Position numbers and translations under genes: made by a program. Below are positions 14,161 through 27,016 of a stretch of DNA of 64,000 nt, one piece after another. Each line of letters begins with the position of its first letter. The stretch's first letter is position 1. The notes below the pieces were generated by a model. It did not search any database. It saw only the letters and a program-made list of their open reading frames with translations, and was not told where the DNA came from. Source of the stretch: Stegostoma tigrinum (lineage: Eukaryota); assembly GCF_030684315.1 (NCBI RefSeq), contig NC_081373.1, positions 40,463,989 through 40,527,988 of the forward strand, in the 5' to 3' direction.

Positions 14161-14812
14161 GTGTGCCCAAGTCCCTGCCTTTGACTTAATGTGCTTGAAT
14201 ATTCCTGTCTGACCTCGAGGCAATGCCATTTGGTAGATCCACATCCAGTGTGTCAGCTGCTAGTACATGATGTAGCTGTGAGACTGATGTAGCATGGGCA
14301 TCCCCTTGACCGATAACTGCTGACAACCATGACATGCTGCCCATCCTTGTGTCAGCACTGAAATGAAACTCATGGCAAGGTAAGGCAGAACAGGGCAGAG
14401 CTGCTATAGACATAAGGTGAATGACTACTAAGAAAACCTGCAACAGGGTTAGGATGAGCAGCTCTGAGCCATAGCGTGATCTGGCTCCCTATCCAAGCAT
14501 AGCACACTTGCAGCATTCTTCCAAGGAAAGGGGCTTGTGCGCTCCAAAGTGAAGCATTGAAGAGCAGAACAATTGTTTAAGTGGATCAGAGATGTGCCAT
14601 GAGGGTGCAAACAGGCTGGTGTATATTGGGTGTCAAGGTCTATGGGCATGGTATGTTGGCATCACTGGCAGTGGAGTGTGCCCTGAGATATTGGTGCTGG
14701 GTGTCCAATAAGGCAGTCCAGTGGAGCATGCAGTGTGTTGGAATCACCAAAACACATGCTGCAACTTTCACTTCAGGAATTCTTCTTGTATAACTTATAA
14801 CTGGCAATGTGG

Positions 14813-15108
14813 TAGAATCACAGAATCACTACAGTGCAGGTCGAGGCCATTTGGCCCACTGAGTCTGTGACAGCTCTCCAGAAAGCCCCTCAGCCTACTT
14901 CATCCTAGTAATCCCACATTTCCTATGGCTAACCCACCTGGTCTGTACATCCCTGAACACTACAGGCAATTTAACGTGGCCAATCCATGTAACCTGTACA
15001 TTTTTGGACTGTGGGAGGAACCAGATCAACTGGCGGAAACCCATGCAGTCACAGTGAGAACGTGCAAACTCGATACAGACAGTCATCCAAGGTAGAATGG
15101 GAACCTGC
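14813..15108 (-). mobile_element. HE1-type V-SINE (5'-truncated)
   Basis: V-domain and CR1-like tail similar to 8804-9102. Confidence 0.8.
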
Positions 15109-15779
15109 ACATTAATGGATGAGGTTTGGTGTTAATGAGGGTAAGAACAAGTGATAATCCACCATAACAGGCACCTTTCCACTGCTTTCTGAAAATCTTA
15201 TCTTGATGTTCAGGATGCTGTTAGAAAGTGGAAGTTGTTGATCCCACCATTGGGAATGGCCTTGCTATTTCTTCCAAATTTCATACCATCACCAATGTCA
15301 TTCAGGACCTTTTAAGGTTCCGTGCTTTGTGTCAGTCTTATAGTTTGTCCACCATAAAGTCATGCCTTTTTAACAATGTGAAAAGTTATACATGTTTGAT
15401 TTATTTAGATTGTTATTTTGGTTTCCATTTTTGAGCAGAAATACAATGTATCCATCTAGTGCTGACCAATATGCAAAAGTTGTGGCCACATATTGAAAAA
15501 TAAGGGTACTTTTAAAGTGGAAATTTTGGCCTACACCATTTCTTTCATGAAATACCACACCATAATTCAAAGGTTTAAAAAATTTCAAAATAACACGTGG
15601 AACATTCAGAATTGATCTCCAGTCACCTGTAAAAGTGCACTTTGTGTAAATTCCATCACATTTACAATATTTGGCATGTGACAATGGGGAGAAAAAATAA
15701 ATAAGCAATTTGTATTTTAGATAACAATTTTAGAAGAACTGGTTATAACAGGTGGCAACCATAAATTAATTATTTAATA

Positions 15780-16022
15780 TGCAGGTCGAGGCTTTCCAAA
15801 AGGTCCACTAAAAAGATATGTGGAACCTGCTCCCCAAAGAACTTTGGAAATTGGGTTACCTGAAACCTTCAAGCCTGAGATCCATAGCTTATTATTAGGC
15901 AAGCACAAGAAGGGAAATGAATCACAGATAGATAAATTATGCAGAGATCAGTCATGATCCAAATGACTGATAGAACAAACTGGACGGACTAATTGATCAA
16001 TGTCTATTCAAATGTTCTTAAG
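15780..16022 (+). mobile_element. Old CR1 3'-end fragment
   Basis: Decayed CR1 3' UTR motifs (GATCAGTCATGATC..AATG...TGTTCTTA). Confidence 0.5.
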
Positions 16023-16087
16023 TCTTAATCAGCTTCACAATACAATACTGTAGAACTAATTAAATTGAAATCCCTTTCCCAAAATAG

Positions 16088-16093
16088 TTTATT
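16088..16093 (-). promoter_or_regulatory. Candidate DNTT polyadenylation signal (AATAAA)
   Basis: First AATAAA on the minus strand downstream of the DNTT stop (~190 nt 3' UTR). Confidence 0.55.
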
Positions 16094-16282
16094 TGCAGCT
16101 TATATACTATTATTTCACTACTGGTGGATATCTGCATTGTACTTGCCTATCTCATTGAAGAAAATTAATGTTGCATTACTACATAAGTGTGCTTTTAAAC
16201 AAAAGTAAAATTTTACATGAACACTCCCTTTCCCTCTGCCTAAACATTTAATGCATGAGGATACAATTTAAACTTCTGCAGC

Positions 16283-16402
<120 letters not shown>

Positions 16403-16954
16403 CTAATGATATGTAGCATGCTGCATTAAATAGTACTCTTTGAAATAATGGTTATGATGAAAAGTGCTTAATTTCTTTATCTAATATATAATTCAAGATA
16501 TAATGATGCTTACCTTCTGTTTAATATTGGCTTTAGTAAGATAAAGGAACAATTGTGTTGTTTTCATAGAAATACCCGTGTGACTGGGTAGAATAATGGC
16601 GATCTTCCAGCAGCAGGCAAGCATAAATCCTGCAAAGCAGCCCAATATATACCCACTGGGCTGGGAGGATTAAAGGCTTGGCAGTTTCATATTACAGTAC
16701 TGAATACATTCGATGAGGCAATCTCCATTGCTTTCTGAGGAACAGAACTCTGGAGCAACATGCTCTCTAAGCCACATGGCCACAGCGAGAGTCCGCGGAA
16801 GGTGACTGTCATGTCAATGTCACCCCCAGGATTGAATTCTGGTTTTAGATGTCGCTGCTGCACATAGTCCTCAGAGGTCTATGCAGCGAAAAACATGGGA
16901 AGCAGAAATGCTGCTCTGGAAACTGAGGGTACTCATAGAAAAATTCTCCTTGCC

Positions 16955-17143
16955 CCTGCACGGCCAATCCACCTAATCTGCAAATGTTCGAACTATGCGA
17001 GTAAACTGGAGCACCTAGAAGAAACTCACACAGTTACAAGAAGAAGGTGCAAACTCCACACAGAGAGTCACCTAAGGGTGGAATCGAACCAGGCTCCTGG
17101 TGCTGTGAAGGAGCAGTGCTAACCACTCAGCCACTGTGCTGCC
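16955..17143 (-). mobile_element. HE1-type V-SINE, 5' part
   Basis: tRNA head (GGGCAGCACAGTGGCTGAGTGGTTAGCACTG...GGTTCGATTCC) and V-domain. Confidence 0.85.
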
Positions 17144-17149
17144 CTTTAT

Positions 17150-17797
17150 ATTTCAATAAGATCAACTGTCTTTCCTTTAAACTCCAATCAGTATGACCCA
17201 GGCTGCACAAACTTTCATTGTAAGGCAACCCCTTCATCTCACAAATCAGCCTACAGAACTTTCTTGTAACCATTTGCAATGCAAGTAAAACCTTCCTTAA
17301 GGGGGGTGACCAAAACTATGTGCAATATTCTTAGTGTGGTCTCATAACTGCTCTAAACAGTTTCAGCAAGACTTATCTATTTCTACAATCCATTGCCCTT
17401 GCAATGACGGGCAACATTACTTTGCCTACTATTTGCTGTACTATTTGCTTGCTTTTTGTGATTCATTTTCAAGGATACAAAAATCCCTCTGTTGCACAGA
17501 TTTCTACAATCTTTCCGTATTTAAATAATATCCTGCTTTTGTACTCTTTCTGCTAAAGCAGCCAACTCTCATTTTCCTACATTGCCAATTTTTTCCCCTA
17601 CTCTGGACCAACTGAACTTCCAGAGTTGGGGGCAAGTACAGTTACAATGTTTAAAAGGCATCTGGATAAGTTCATAAATAAGAAAATTGAGGGATATGGA
17701 CCAGGAACAGGCAAGTGGGGCTAGTTTAGCTTGGAATTATGGTCGGCATGGACTGGTTGGACCGAAGGGTGTGTTTCTGTGCTGTACGATTCTATGA
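17150..17797. mobile_element. CR1 fragments (minus-strand RT C-terminal piece 17150-17590, plus-strand 3' end 17610-17797)
   Basis: Decayed EY.I.FWSP-type motif on the minus strand; CR1 3' UTR ending in ..TACGATTCTATG on the plus strand. Confidence 0.7.
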
Positions 17798-18206
17798 TAA
17801 TGGGCTAGAGTCAAGGATGACACATTCTCTAAAACAGGAGATAAGTTCTTTGATGAAGAATTTGCAAAACCAGTACTCCCAGCAGATTCTGAGGTTTCTC
17901 AACACCAGGATATACATTGTGGTCCTTAAGATTAAATTTGATACCTTTATATTAAAAATTACTCATGTAGTCTTTAGAGGTTGTTGTTGGTATCCTAACA
18001 GTTATCAGGCCATTGCAGCACATTTCAGCTGACTAAATGACAACTGACCAAAGCCACAGGACTGGCAGCATTACATCAGAACAGTTACTGTAGAGATCAC
18101 AGCAAAATCATTTCTTGAGTCTCAGAATAGTACCTAGACACTACATCATTATGCAGCCACATTGGAACTTCCTTGCTGAGCAGGTATTGAGCAACATGTA
18201 GAGTTA

Positions 18207-18434
18207 AGTAATAAAATGTGAGGCTGGATGAACACAGCAGGCCCAGCAGCATCTCAGGAGCACAAAAGCTGATGTTTCGGGCCTAGACCCTTCATCAGAG
18301 CTGATGAAGGGTCTAGGCCCGAAACGTCAGCTTTTGTGCTCCTGAGATGCTGCTGGGCCTGCTGTGTTCATCCAGCCTCACATTTTATTATCTTGGATTC
18401 TCCAGCATCTGCAGTTCCCATTATCACTGATACA
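18207..18434. mobile_element. Palindromic non-autonomous Penelope-like element with hammerhead motifs
   Basis: 90-bp inverted arms (18209-18298 / 18301-18390, one mismatch) plus a ~44-nt tail; 11-bp TSD ATGTAGAGTTA (18196-18206 / 18435-18445). Confidence 0.9.
18301..18330 (+). ncRNA. Minimal type I hammerhead ribozyme motif (PLE-associated)
   Basis: CUGAUGA-A-GGGU(CUAG)GCCC-GAAAC-GUC: conserved core, 4-bp stem II, palindromic ACGU stem III, GUC cleavage triplet. Confidence 0.8.
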
Positions 18435-21400
18435 ATGTAGAGTTAGGTGTCCCATTTCAGAAATACCTCTAGCCTTCTATCTGGCTTTCTACCTTCTATC
18501 CTCTCTGCAGTCACCTTCCTATCCTCCCCCCAACAGGAAACAGTCATGTCTTCCACCAAACTCATTATTAAAGGTTAGCAATAGTATCATGATGTGTTTT
18601 TGTTTTAAATTTCTCCTTTAACAGAGCGAAAGAGGGGATATAAAACTGAAATTTGTGTAGATAAGAAAAGGTTTACATTTTAACTCAGTTCCCAATGTTC
18701 TGTCAGTTTTAACATGCATCCCTGCTTTTCCAGCTATAAAATGAAGATCAACAGATATCCTTGGTTCTGCAGACAGGTAAGAGGCATCCCTCATTATATG
18801 TTGACTCTCATATCACAGTGTCTTTCATGGTCCATGTACTTACTGTAAATACATTTTAAAATTTAAACATTCAAATACATTTTGAAGATGATGTTTCCAC
18901 CCTTTTGCTTTTCATACAACAGACACTACCCTGCAGCCAAGGACAGATGGGCAGTTTGCCAGACCGAACTAATTAAAGAGGTGCAAGGTGATTCACCTTC
19001 TAATTTTTGTCTATTCCTGATGGAAGACTTTTGCCTTGGCTTGACATATCCCAGATGGCAAAGCTAACATTCAGAATTTACCTTCTGATGAATTGCAGAG
19101 CATAAATGCTTTTCAGAATTACGTGACACAGCACACTAATAAGATATTGCCCCTTGCTACCTCTTCCCAAAATGTTTTGCACATAAATAGAACACTACAT
19201 GCTAAATGGACAACACAGACCAATCCTAAAAGTCAAGAGAATCTTAATGACTCATACAATTGATGAGGTCCTGCTTATCATGAAATAATCTTCCCAGCAA
19301 CACTCTTTAGCCTTCAAATTTGTGAAAATGTCAAACCCCAAAATTCAGTGTACTGACAGTAATACCAAAAACAATGTACTCAGTACATTATCAAGATGTA
19401 AAATATGCCGTGAAAGCTTGCTTGTAGCTTGGGTTCAATTTACTGTGTTTTTTTCAAAACTTCTGGACTGACGTAAATCAAAATTCATTAAGTTGCCGCT
19501 TTGTCAGAAAAACTAATGGGATGACACAGGTTTAATGACAGAAGTCCGCAGGAATATTTATTTCATGTTTAAAGGAGGAATAGATAATGAACAACCTGCC
19601 TCCTTTCTCACCTTGGGAGTCTATTTATACTAGGCTGGAACAAAAAGGATGGAAACACATTATCTGTCAATCAATTTTAATAAATACAGAATGGTCTTGC
19701 TTCTTGTCATTGCAATCCTGCAGTTATGTCACACCACTGCTCAAAATCATATTTTTTTTTGTTTTTCAGGCCTCAAAATAATCACATTTATGGCTTGTAA
19801 CATTATCATTATCTTTGCTTAGCTAAAACGCAGCTGCAAAATATGATCCATGGCTTTTTGTGCACCTCCTGTTTGTCAATTGCCATTCATCATCAATAAT
19901 TATAATAAGTAAAAAGTGCTAGTTGATGTTTTGCCAGTAAATGCATTAGCAATTTTTCTACCCTTTGCATTGTGGTAAATGAATCTCTAATCAATGTCAC
20001 CAATCTGCTCTATTATAACCTGCTGCATTCCCTAAGAAATGGCACTTTCATCTCACATTTTATTGTAAACTTGCTGTAATGAATTCCATACAGTAAACTT
20101 TGTGCAGAACTATTTGCACATCACTAGGTTTTTCTAAAAAGCATAATGTCAATCACCTGCAATTCCTGATTCAATATAATTTCCTTCCTGAATCTAATTC
20201 CAACAAATTGGGATTCGGTTTCAGCTGCTGCTTCAGTTCCTTAATTCTTTCACGGGAAAACATTCTGAATATTTAGACTGCAAATTCACTTTCATTATTT
20301 GGCACAGCAAGAGAAAACTACAGAAACTTCATGCAATCGTATGGACATAAAATGACTAGAGTTCAATGAAGACTTCAAATAAGAGAAAAAAGCAAACTTC
20401 AAGCAGACTTTCATGACTGCTTCGACCCCAGGCCATCAGGAGACTTCTATGATTTAATAACAAAAAATGTCAGAGAATGGGTTAGTCTTATACTGCAGAC
20501 TTGTAGGCAATCCCCAAGGAGAAACTGACGTTAAAATTGAACTAATGGTTAAAAGTGTTGGCCTGAAATTCTGAGGATGCATCTTTTAAACATTAGAATT
20601 GAAATTCAAAGTCAGGGAACTGGAGTCAAAACATGGGTAAGATGGTCTGAAGACTACTGTGATTTCACATGCTCCCCATGGACCAGCAGAGACTCAAGTA
20701 CATATCACAATGGCTTGCCCGAGATCAGATAGCTAACAACTGCTGGGCTGCTGAGAAAAGGAACTCATTTGACAAGTACCTAGGAAATTACCATGAAGAT
20801 GAACAGAAGCCAGTGTACAATTTCCATCCCTTAGTTTAGAAGATAGTTCACTGGGTACCTGTAATCTTTTGGTGCATTGACAGCCATGGCTGTACACTCA
20901 GTGAATTATTTCTTGGATTAGCATCTCAAAAATCAGAATTAACTTACATTTTGGTTTAATTTTTCAGATTTGATACAACCAAACTTTGTGAATTAGTCTC
21001 GCACCCTCTGCAGTTCTACAACACATACATCAACAGTAAATTATTAAAGAAGTTTGTTTACATGTCAATCAAGCTTGGAGAAATCGCTGCATGTAACTTT
21101 AACTATATTAGCAGCAACAAAACAAAAGTTCAGTTGATATTTTTGACAGTTAACACCAGGGCCCAGAAAACCTATGGAAGCTGAACTAGACCCCAGCTCT
21201 TAAGGATGCACAATGCTTTAAGATAAAAGGATTTGCTCGAAAACTACGTCATTCTACTAGCTCTGTTAGATTTGAAATGACATCCTAAAGAAAGAATGTA
21301 CCATTTGCACATTTCTACTTTCATATCTGAAACTTTGAAAGAAGCTTCAAATTTAGTTTTGTATTTAATGAAAAACCTGCAGAGTTTGGAAATGTCAAAG

Positions 21401-21929
21401 GAAAAATCAGCAAGTCAGATCCCAGCAAGCAAGCTGCAGCTGTGGTGGAATAGATTTCAGAAACTGGGGGTAGGAATAAAAGAGGGGGGGTGGGAAGCGG
21501 TGGGGTTCTGCTGAATGGGCACGGGGGATCCCATAAATGAGGCACACGCCCCTTGGTCCAACAGCAATCTGTGCTAGGAAAGTACATTCCTCTTGCCTTG
21601 CTCCTCCCCCACCCCTATTACCTCAAACCCAACTTGTCCAGACAGAGGTAAAATTGTAGTGGTGAAGGAATTAGGCCTATAGGTGGCAGCCTAAGGTCCT
21701 TGATAGGCCTAAGGGTGGATGGGCCACCTGGTTCCTTACCCATCCACTTTTACACGGAAGACAAGTCAAGGGTGAGTAGGGAAGCGGCAGGAACCACCCG
21801 TTTTATTTTACATGTGCCTCTGCCTTCAAATACACTGTCAGTCAAGTGAGGGGTCTCACATAACTCACTCTAACAACATTTACTGTGAAATCTGACAATG
21901 TATACAAGTCTAGAACAGTCCAGAACAAG

Positions 21930-23470
21930 CGAGGCAATGTGATTAACACTGCTGCCTCACAGTGCCAGGGACCTGGGTTCGATTCCACCCTCGGACGACT
22001 GTCAACGTGGAGTTTGCACATTCTCCCTGTGGATTGGCCATGCTAAATGGCCTGGTAGTGTTCAGGGATGTTCAGGTTAGGTGGGTTTGACATGGGAAAA
22101 TGAAGGGGTAGGGGGAATGGGTCTAGGTGGGATGCTCTTCAGAGGGGGGGTGTGAATTTGTGATAATGGGAACTGCAGATGCTGTAGAATCCAAGATAAC
22201 AAAGTGTGGAGCTGGATGAACACAGCAGGCCAAGCAGCATTTCAGGAGCACAAAAGCTGACGTTTCAGGCCTAGACCCTTCATCAGAGAGGGGGATGGGG
22301 AGAGGGAACTGGAATAAATAGGGAGAGAGGGGGAGGCGGACAGAAGATGGAGAGAAAAGAAGATAGGTGGAGAGGAGAGTATAGGTGAGGAGGTAGGGAG
22401 GGGATAGGTCAGTCCAGGGAAGACGGGCAGGTCAAGGAGGCAGGATGAGGTGGTAGGTAGGAAATAGAGGTGCGGCTTGAGGTGGGAGGAAGGGATGGGT
22501 GAGAGGAAGAACAGGTTAGGGAAGCGGAGACAGGCTGGGCTGGTTTTGGGATTCAGTGGGTGGAGGGGAAGAGCTGAGCTGGTTTTTACCTTCCCCTGCA
22601 ACCGCAGGAAGTGTTACACTTGCCCCCACACCTCCTCCCTCACCCCCATCCCAGGCCCCAAGATGATTTTCCATATCAAGCAGATGTTCACCTGCACATC
22701 TGCCAATGTGGTATATTGTATCCATTGTACCCAGTGTGGCTTCCTCTGCATTGGGGAAGCCAGGCGGAGGCTTGGGGATCACTTTGCAGAAAACCTCCGC
22801 TCGGTTCGCAACAAACAACTACACCTCCCAGTCGCGAACCATTTTAACTCCCCCTCCCAATCCTCAGACGACATGTCCATCATGGGCCTCCTGCAGTGCC
22901 ACAATGATGCCACCCAAAGGTTGCAAGAACAGCAACTCATATTGCGGAACCCTGCAGCCCATTGGTATCAATGTGGACTTCACAAGCTTCAAAATCTCCC
23001 CTTCCCCCACTGCATCCCAAAACCAGCCCAGTTCTTCCCCTCCCCCCACTGCATCACAAAACCAGCCCAGCCTGTGTCTGCCTCCCTAACCTGTTCTTCC
23101 TCTCACCCATCCCTTCCTCCCACCTCAAGCCGCACCTCCATTTCCTACCTACCACCTCATCCCACCTCCTTGACCTGTCCATCTTCCCTGGACTGACCTA
23201 TCCCCTCCCTACCTCCCCACCTATACTCTCTCCACCTATCTTCTTTTCTCTCCATCTTTGGTCCACCTCCCACTCTCTCCCTATTTATTCCAGTTCCGTC
23301 ACCTCATCCCTCTCTCTGATGAAGGATCTAGGCCCGAAACGTCAGCTTTTGTGCTCCTGAGATGCTGCTTGGCCTGCTGTGTTCATTCAGCTCGACACTT
23401 TGTTATCGGGGGTGTGAATTTTTTGGGCTAAATGGCCTGCTTCCACACTGTCAGATTTTTCTGATTCTGC
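21930..23470 (+). mobile_element. HE1-type V-SINE split by a PLE insertion (SINE parts 21930-22159 and 23408-23470)
   Basis: tRNA head (GGTTCGATTCC) and V-domain on the left; the CR1-like tail resumes after the insertion. Confidence 0.85.
22160..23407 (+). mobile_element. Penelope-like element, 5'-truncated, with GIY-YIG endonuclease fragment and inverted 3' copy
   Basis: ORF 22477-23196 includes CNRRKCYTC...FTCTSANVVYCIHCTQCGFLCIGEARRRLGDHFAE...PVANHFN (PLE GIY-YIG). 22160-~22583 is an inverted copy of the 3' end. Hammerhead motifs at 22259-22286 (-) and 23316-23343 (+). 14-bp TSD GGGGGTGTGAATTT (22146-22159 / 23408-23421). Confidence 0.93.
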
Positions 23471-23686
23471 TTTGTGTCTCTCCCAAGGTACAGAACTGAA
23501 CATTCTAAGTGTTTTTGCATGATAAATATCTCCCAGGATAAAAACTTCTAAGTGTATTCAACATCTTTGATACCTTTTACTTTTTAATATACTTTTGCTC
23601 CGCCCCTTCCAACTCCACAATCGATTTGGAACACAATACTAACATTTAAAACCATGCCCACTTCAGTAACCTACTTTTAATATGTT

Positions 23687-24096
23687 CGTCCCCTCCCCCC
23701 ACTGCACCACACAACCAGCCCAGCTCTTCCCCCCCACCCACTGCATCCCAAAACCAGTCCAACCTGTCTCTGCCTCCCTAACCGGTTCTTCCTCTCACCC
23801 ATCCCTTCCTCCCACCCCAAGCCGCACCCCCAGCTACCTACTAACCTCATCCCACCTCCTTGACCTGTCCGTCTTCCCTGGACTGACCTATCCCCTCCCT
23901 ACCTCCCCACCTATACTCTCTCCACCTATCTTCTTTACTCTCCATCTTCGGTCCGCCTCCCCCTCTCTCCCTATTTATTCCAGTTCCCTCTCCCCATCCC
24001 CCTCGCTGATGAAGGGTCTAGGCCCGAAACGTCAGCTTTTGTGCTCCTGAGATGCTGCTTGGCCTGCTGTGTTCATCCAGCCTCACATTTTATTAT
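23687..24096 (+). mobile_element. PLE 3'-end fragment with intact hammerhead motif (24006-24033)
   Basis: Near-identical to 23040-23407; 13-bp TSD CTTTTAATATGTT (23674-23686 / 24097-24109). Confidence 0.92.
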
Positions 24097-24699
24097 CTTT
24101 TAATATGTTACTTCTCACCCGTGCACTGGATTCTATGATTTCCTGCATCCCACCCCCAACTAGACCCTCGGTTAGCGAGCAGAGGAAATGTACTTTTCTA
24201 TTCGGAGAATATAACTCTTAGTCTGTCTGGCAACCCATATTTCTTTTAAATTTCTTAATATTTTAGGAGTTTTTGGGCATGTTTTCAGTTCCTAGTGCTA
24301 AGGCACATTGAGGTTCTGGCCTCAATTGTTTTTGACACTGAGTGTGCTCAATGAGCTGTAGACAGTTCAGTGCACCATCAACCCTTCAAGAACTACAAAT
24401 TGGATTTAAAGTGATCGAACCATTTAAAAGTGGCCACACATGGGAGTTAAAACACATTTCCTGCATTTCTGAAAACGTCATATCAAAAGCAAATAGCTAT
24501 CTGATCCCAATGGATGGCAAAGCAGATGTAGGAATGGAGCATACAGACCACTGATTGCATTGAGGTGGGAATTGCTCCTAACTCTCCTGTTTAATTCAAG
24601 CAGAACAGAGATTCTCTATTGCACAAAGTAGAGAGGAGGATTGCTCTGTTTCACACTTCAATGTAGTCTATCTCAACATCTCAACGACAGCTTTGTAGC

Positions 24700-25102
24700 A
24701 TTTTTTTTCATCATTCATGAGTGTCGCTGACTGGCCAACATTTATTGCCGATTCCTAATTGTCGTTGAACTGAATGGCTTGCTAGGTAACTTCAGAGGAC
24801 AGTTAAGAGTTAACTGCACACTTCTGTGCATCTGAAGTTACACATAGGGTGACCAATTAACAGGGAAAGATGGCAGACTTGCTGTCCTACTGGGCATTAG
24901 TCAACCAGATGGGTTTTTGCAGCAACAACCAACAATGGTGAATGATCATAACAGGCTAACATTTTCTGAAAGCATCAGTTGTTTTTTTATTGATCAAACT
25001 TCACCATCTGCCATGATGGGATTTCAGCTCATGTCCCACAATGTTAACCTGGCATTCTGGATCAATAGACCAGTGACATTGCAACTACATTCACACCTCC
25101 CT
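24700..25102 (-). mobile_element. tRNA-derived SINE sharing its 3' tail with the CR1-like LINE at 30515
   Basis: Tail ..GCAATAAATGTTGGCCAGTCAGCGACACTCA..; body related to 29665-29920 and 40636-40945. Confidence 0.7.
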
Positions 25103-26740
25103 GGTTCGGCAGGAGATGGCAGGTAGGGTCAATAGTTATTGAAATGCTTGAAAGTCTTAGGAATAGAGATCAGCCATAATTGTATTAAAGGGTGGAGCAG
25201 ACTTGAAGGGCTGAATCGCCTACTTTTGCTCCTAGTTATTCTTATGTTCTTACCAACTTCCTTCTTGAGTATGAACGCTTCTCCTGTTAATCTGCAGTGC
25301 TATATATATATATACTCATGTAAAAGTTGAGTTTGAGAGATCAATATTTAGCCAAAATGCTGTGGATGAACTTATGTTTGTATGAAATCTACACATTCCC
25401 ATCATCTCAGTAGCTGTTTATGACAGTGCTGCAGCTAGCTGCAGGTTTGCCAAGTTGGAGACTGTTCCTGCCAATCATGAACCACATCAAGACAAAACTA
25501 GTAAAATGGAGCCAGAAAGCATTTTCATTATTCTCTGCAGACATGAGAAGTTGAGTACTTTGAATGAGTACATTTGTACCAGATATGCTCGACTGCAGTG
25601 GTTAGTGGATGTTAATTCAAAAGAGTTTGGATTTTTTGACTGCACGTTAGGGGCTGACCTCTACATGAGTTACCTGAAAATTTAAGAAACTTTGGCAAAA
25701 AAAAAGTGTTGAATTATCCATGAGATTGACCAATACTTGAGTATGTATGGTACATTAATGCTCCACATAGGAATTAGGAGCAAAAATACATCATTTGGAC
25801 CTGCCATTCAGTAAGATCATGCTTGATCTGTTAACGTCTTGAATTCCACATTACCACCTATTCTCAATAGCCTTTGATTCCACTACGAAGCAACAACAAA
25901 AATCTATTTACATATGCCTTAAGATATCCAATGACTTCACTTCCATTTGTGGTGTCTACTGCAAGGTAACAAATATCATCATCAGCACACAGCCCTTCCC
26001 ACCAGCTATGGAGTCAGCTGCTAAGGAGCAGAAGCTTGAGGAGGGGCAAAAAAGAGGCAACTGCAACACCCTCTTTCTGAATGGGCAGTCTATGAAGAAC
26101 TGCTGGAATAGGTTGGGTGGAAGGATGAATGATCTCTTCTTGACAGACAACGCCAAAGGAGCCATAGTCTACTGCCACTTGCCCAGGTCACCACCTCAAT
26201 AATGCTACTAATTCACTGGAGGGTAGATTGCTGTGATAGCCTGCAGGTCTTCTGCACAACCAATCAACAGAAAGACTGGTGCGGTGCAGATTTTTACAGC
26301 AACAAGTGAGCCTTGCTGACCTCAGTGTGAGATAGCACTTGCAGGTATTATGCGGAGACTACTTGCACCGCAAATGAAGCATGATTGGAGCCATGGTTAG
26401 GTCAACCGGAATTGCTGGTGGTACGGATGAGGAATAGTTGAACCCCTCTGATAGCTAAACCAAAACATAAGTCCCAATCTGCTGTGACAGGTGTAGGGGT
26501 TCCCCTTTAATAATTAATCCCGGAACACCCAGAGAAGCTCACATTTCCCCTTGTAATCTATTAAAAGAAAGAAAAGACTTGATCTCCACTTTACAAGTAA
26601 TAAGAAATAATTTATTTATTTATAAAAACAGAAGTTGCTGGAAAAGCTGAACAGCTCTGCCAGCATCTAATTTGTTTATTTAACCCAACAATGAACAAAT
26701 TCTGGATGTGAGTTTGCTCACTGAGCTGGAAGGTTAGTTT

Positions 26741-26780
26741 TCAGACGTTTCGTCACCATTCTAGGTAACTTCATCAGTGA
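26741..26780 (-). ncRNA. Minimal hammerhead ribozyme motif, PLE family 2
   Basis: Complete core, 6-bp stem II, 3-bp stem I (UCA/UGA), ACGU stem III, GUC triplet. Confidence 0.82.
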
Positions 26781-26826
26781 GCCTCCGACGAAGCGCTGGT
26801 GTTATGTCCCGCTTTCTATTTATCTG

Positions 26827-26919
26827 ATATAATAAAATGTGAGGCTGGATGAACACAGCAGGCCAAGCAGCATCTCAGGAGCACAAAAGCTGACGTTTCG
26901 GGCCTAGACCCTTCATCAG
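26827..26919 (-). mobile_element. 93-bp PLE family-1 mini-insertion beginning exactly at a hammerhead core (26892-26919)
   Basis: Corresponds to one arm of the 18209 palindrome; 9-bp TSD ATTTATCTG (26818-26826 / 26920-26928). Confidence 0.88.
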
Positions 26920-27016
26920 ATTTATCTGGTTAGGTTTCCTTGGGTTGGTGATGTCATTTCCTGTTCTTTTTCTCAGGGGATGGTAGATTGGCTCCAAATC
27001 AATGTGTTTGTTGATG

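Larger units (their letters stand above)
26700..27016 (-). mobile_element. Second PLE family, 3' end (GIY-YIG C-terminus plus hammerhead), interrupted by a 93-bp family-1 insert
   Basis: SINKHIDLEPIYHPLRKR C-terminal peptide (26930-27016); hammerhead UCA-CUGAUGA-A-GUUACC(UAGAAU)GGUGAC-GAAAC-GUC-UGA at 26741-26780. Confidence 0.85.

Noticed and set aside
1-16000. 3' exons of a neighbouring gene (TLL2/OPALIN by human synteny)
   Set aside because: No matching coding exon recognised; the ORFs here are TE-derived or non-specific.
22242-24050. Repeated Pro/Ser-rich ORFs ending LMKGLGPKRQLLCS
   Set aside because: Translations of the pyrimidine-rich PLE 3' region and hammerhead; not host genes.
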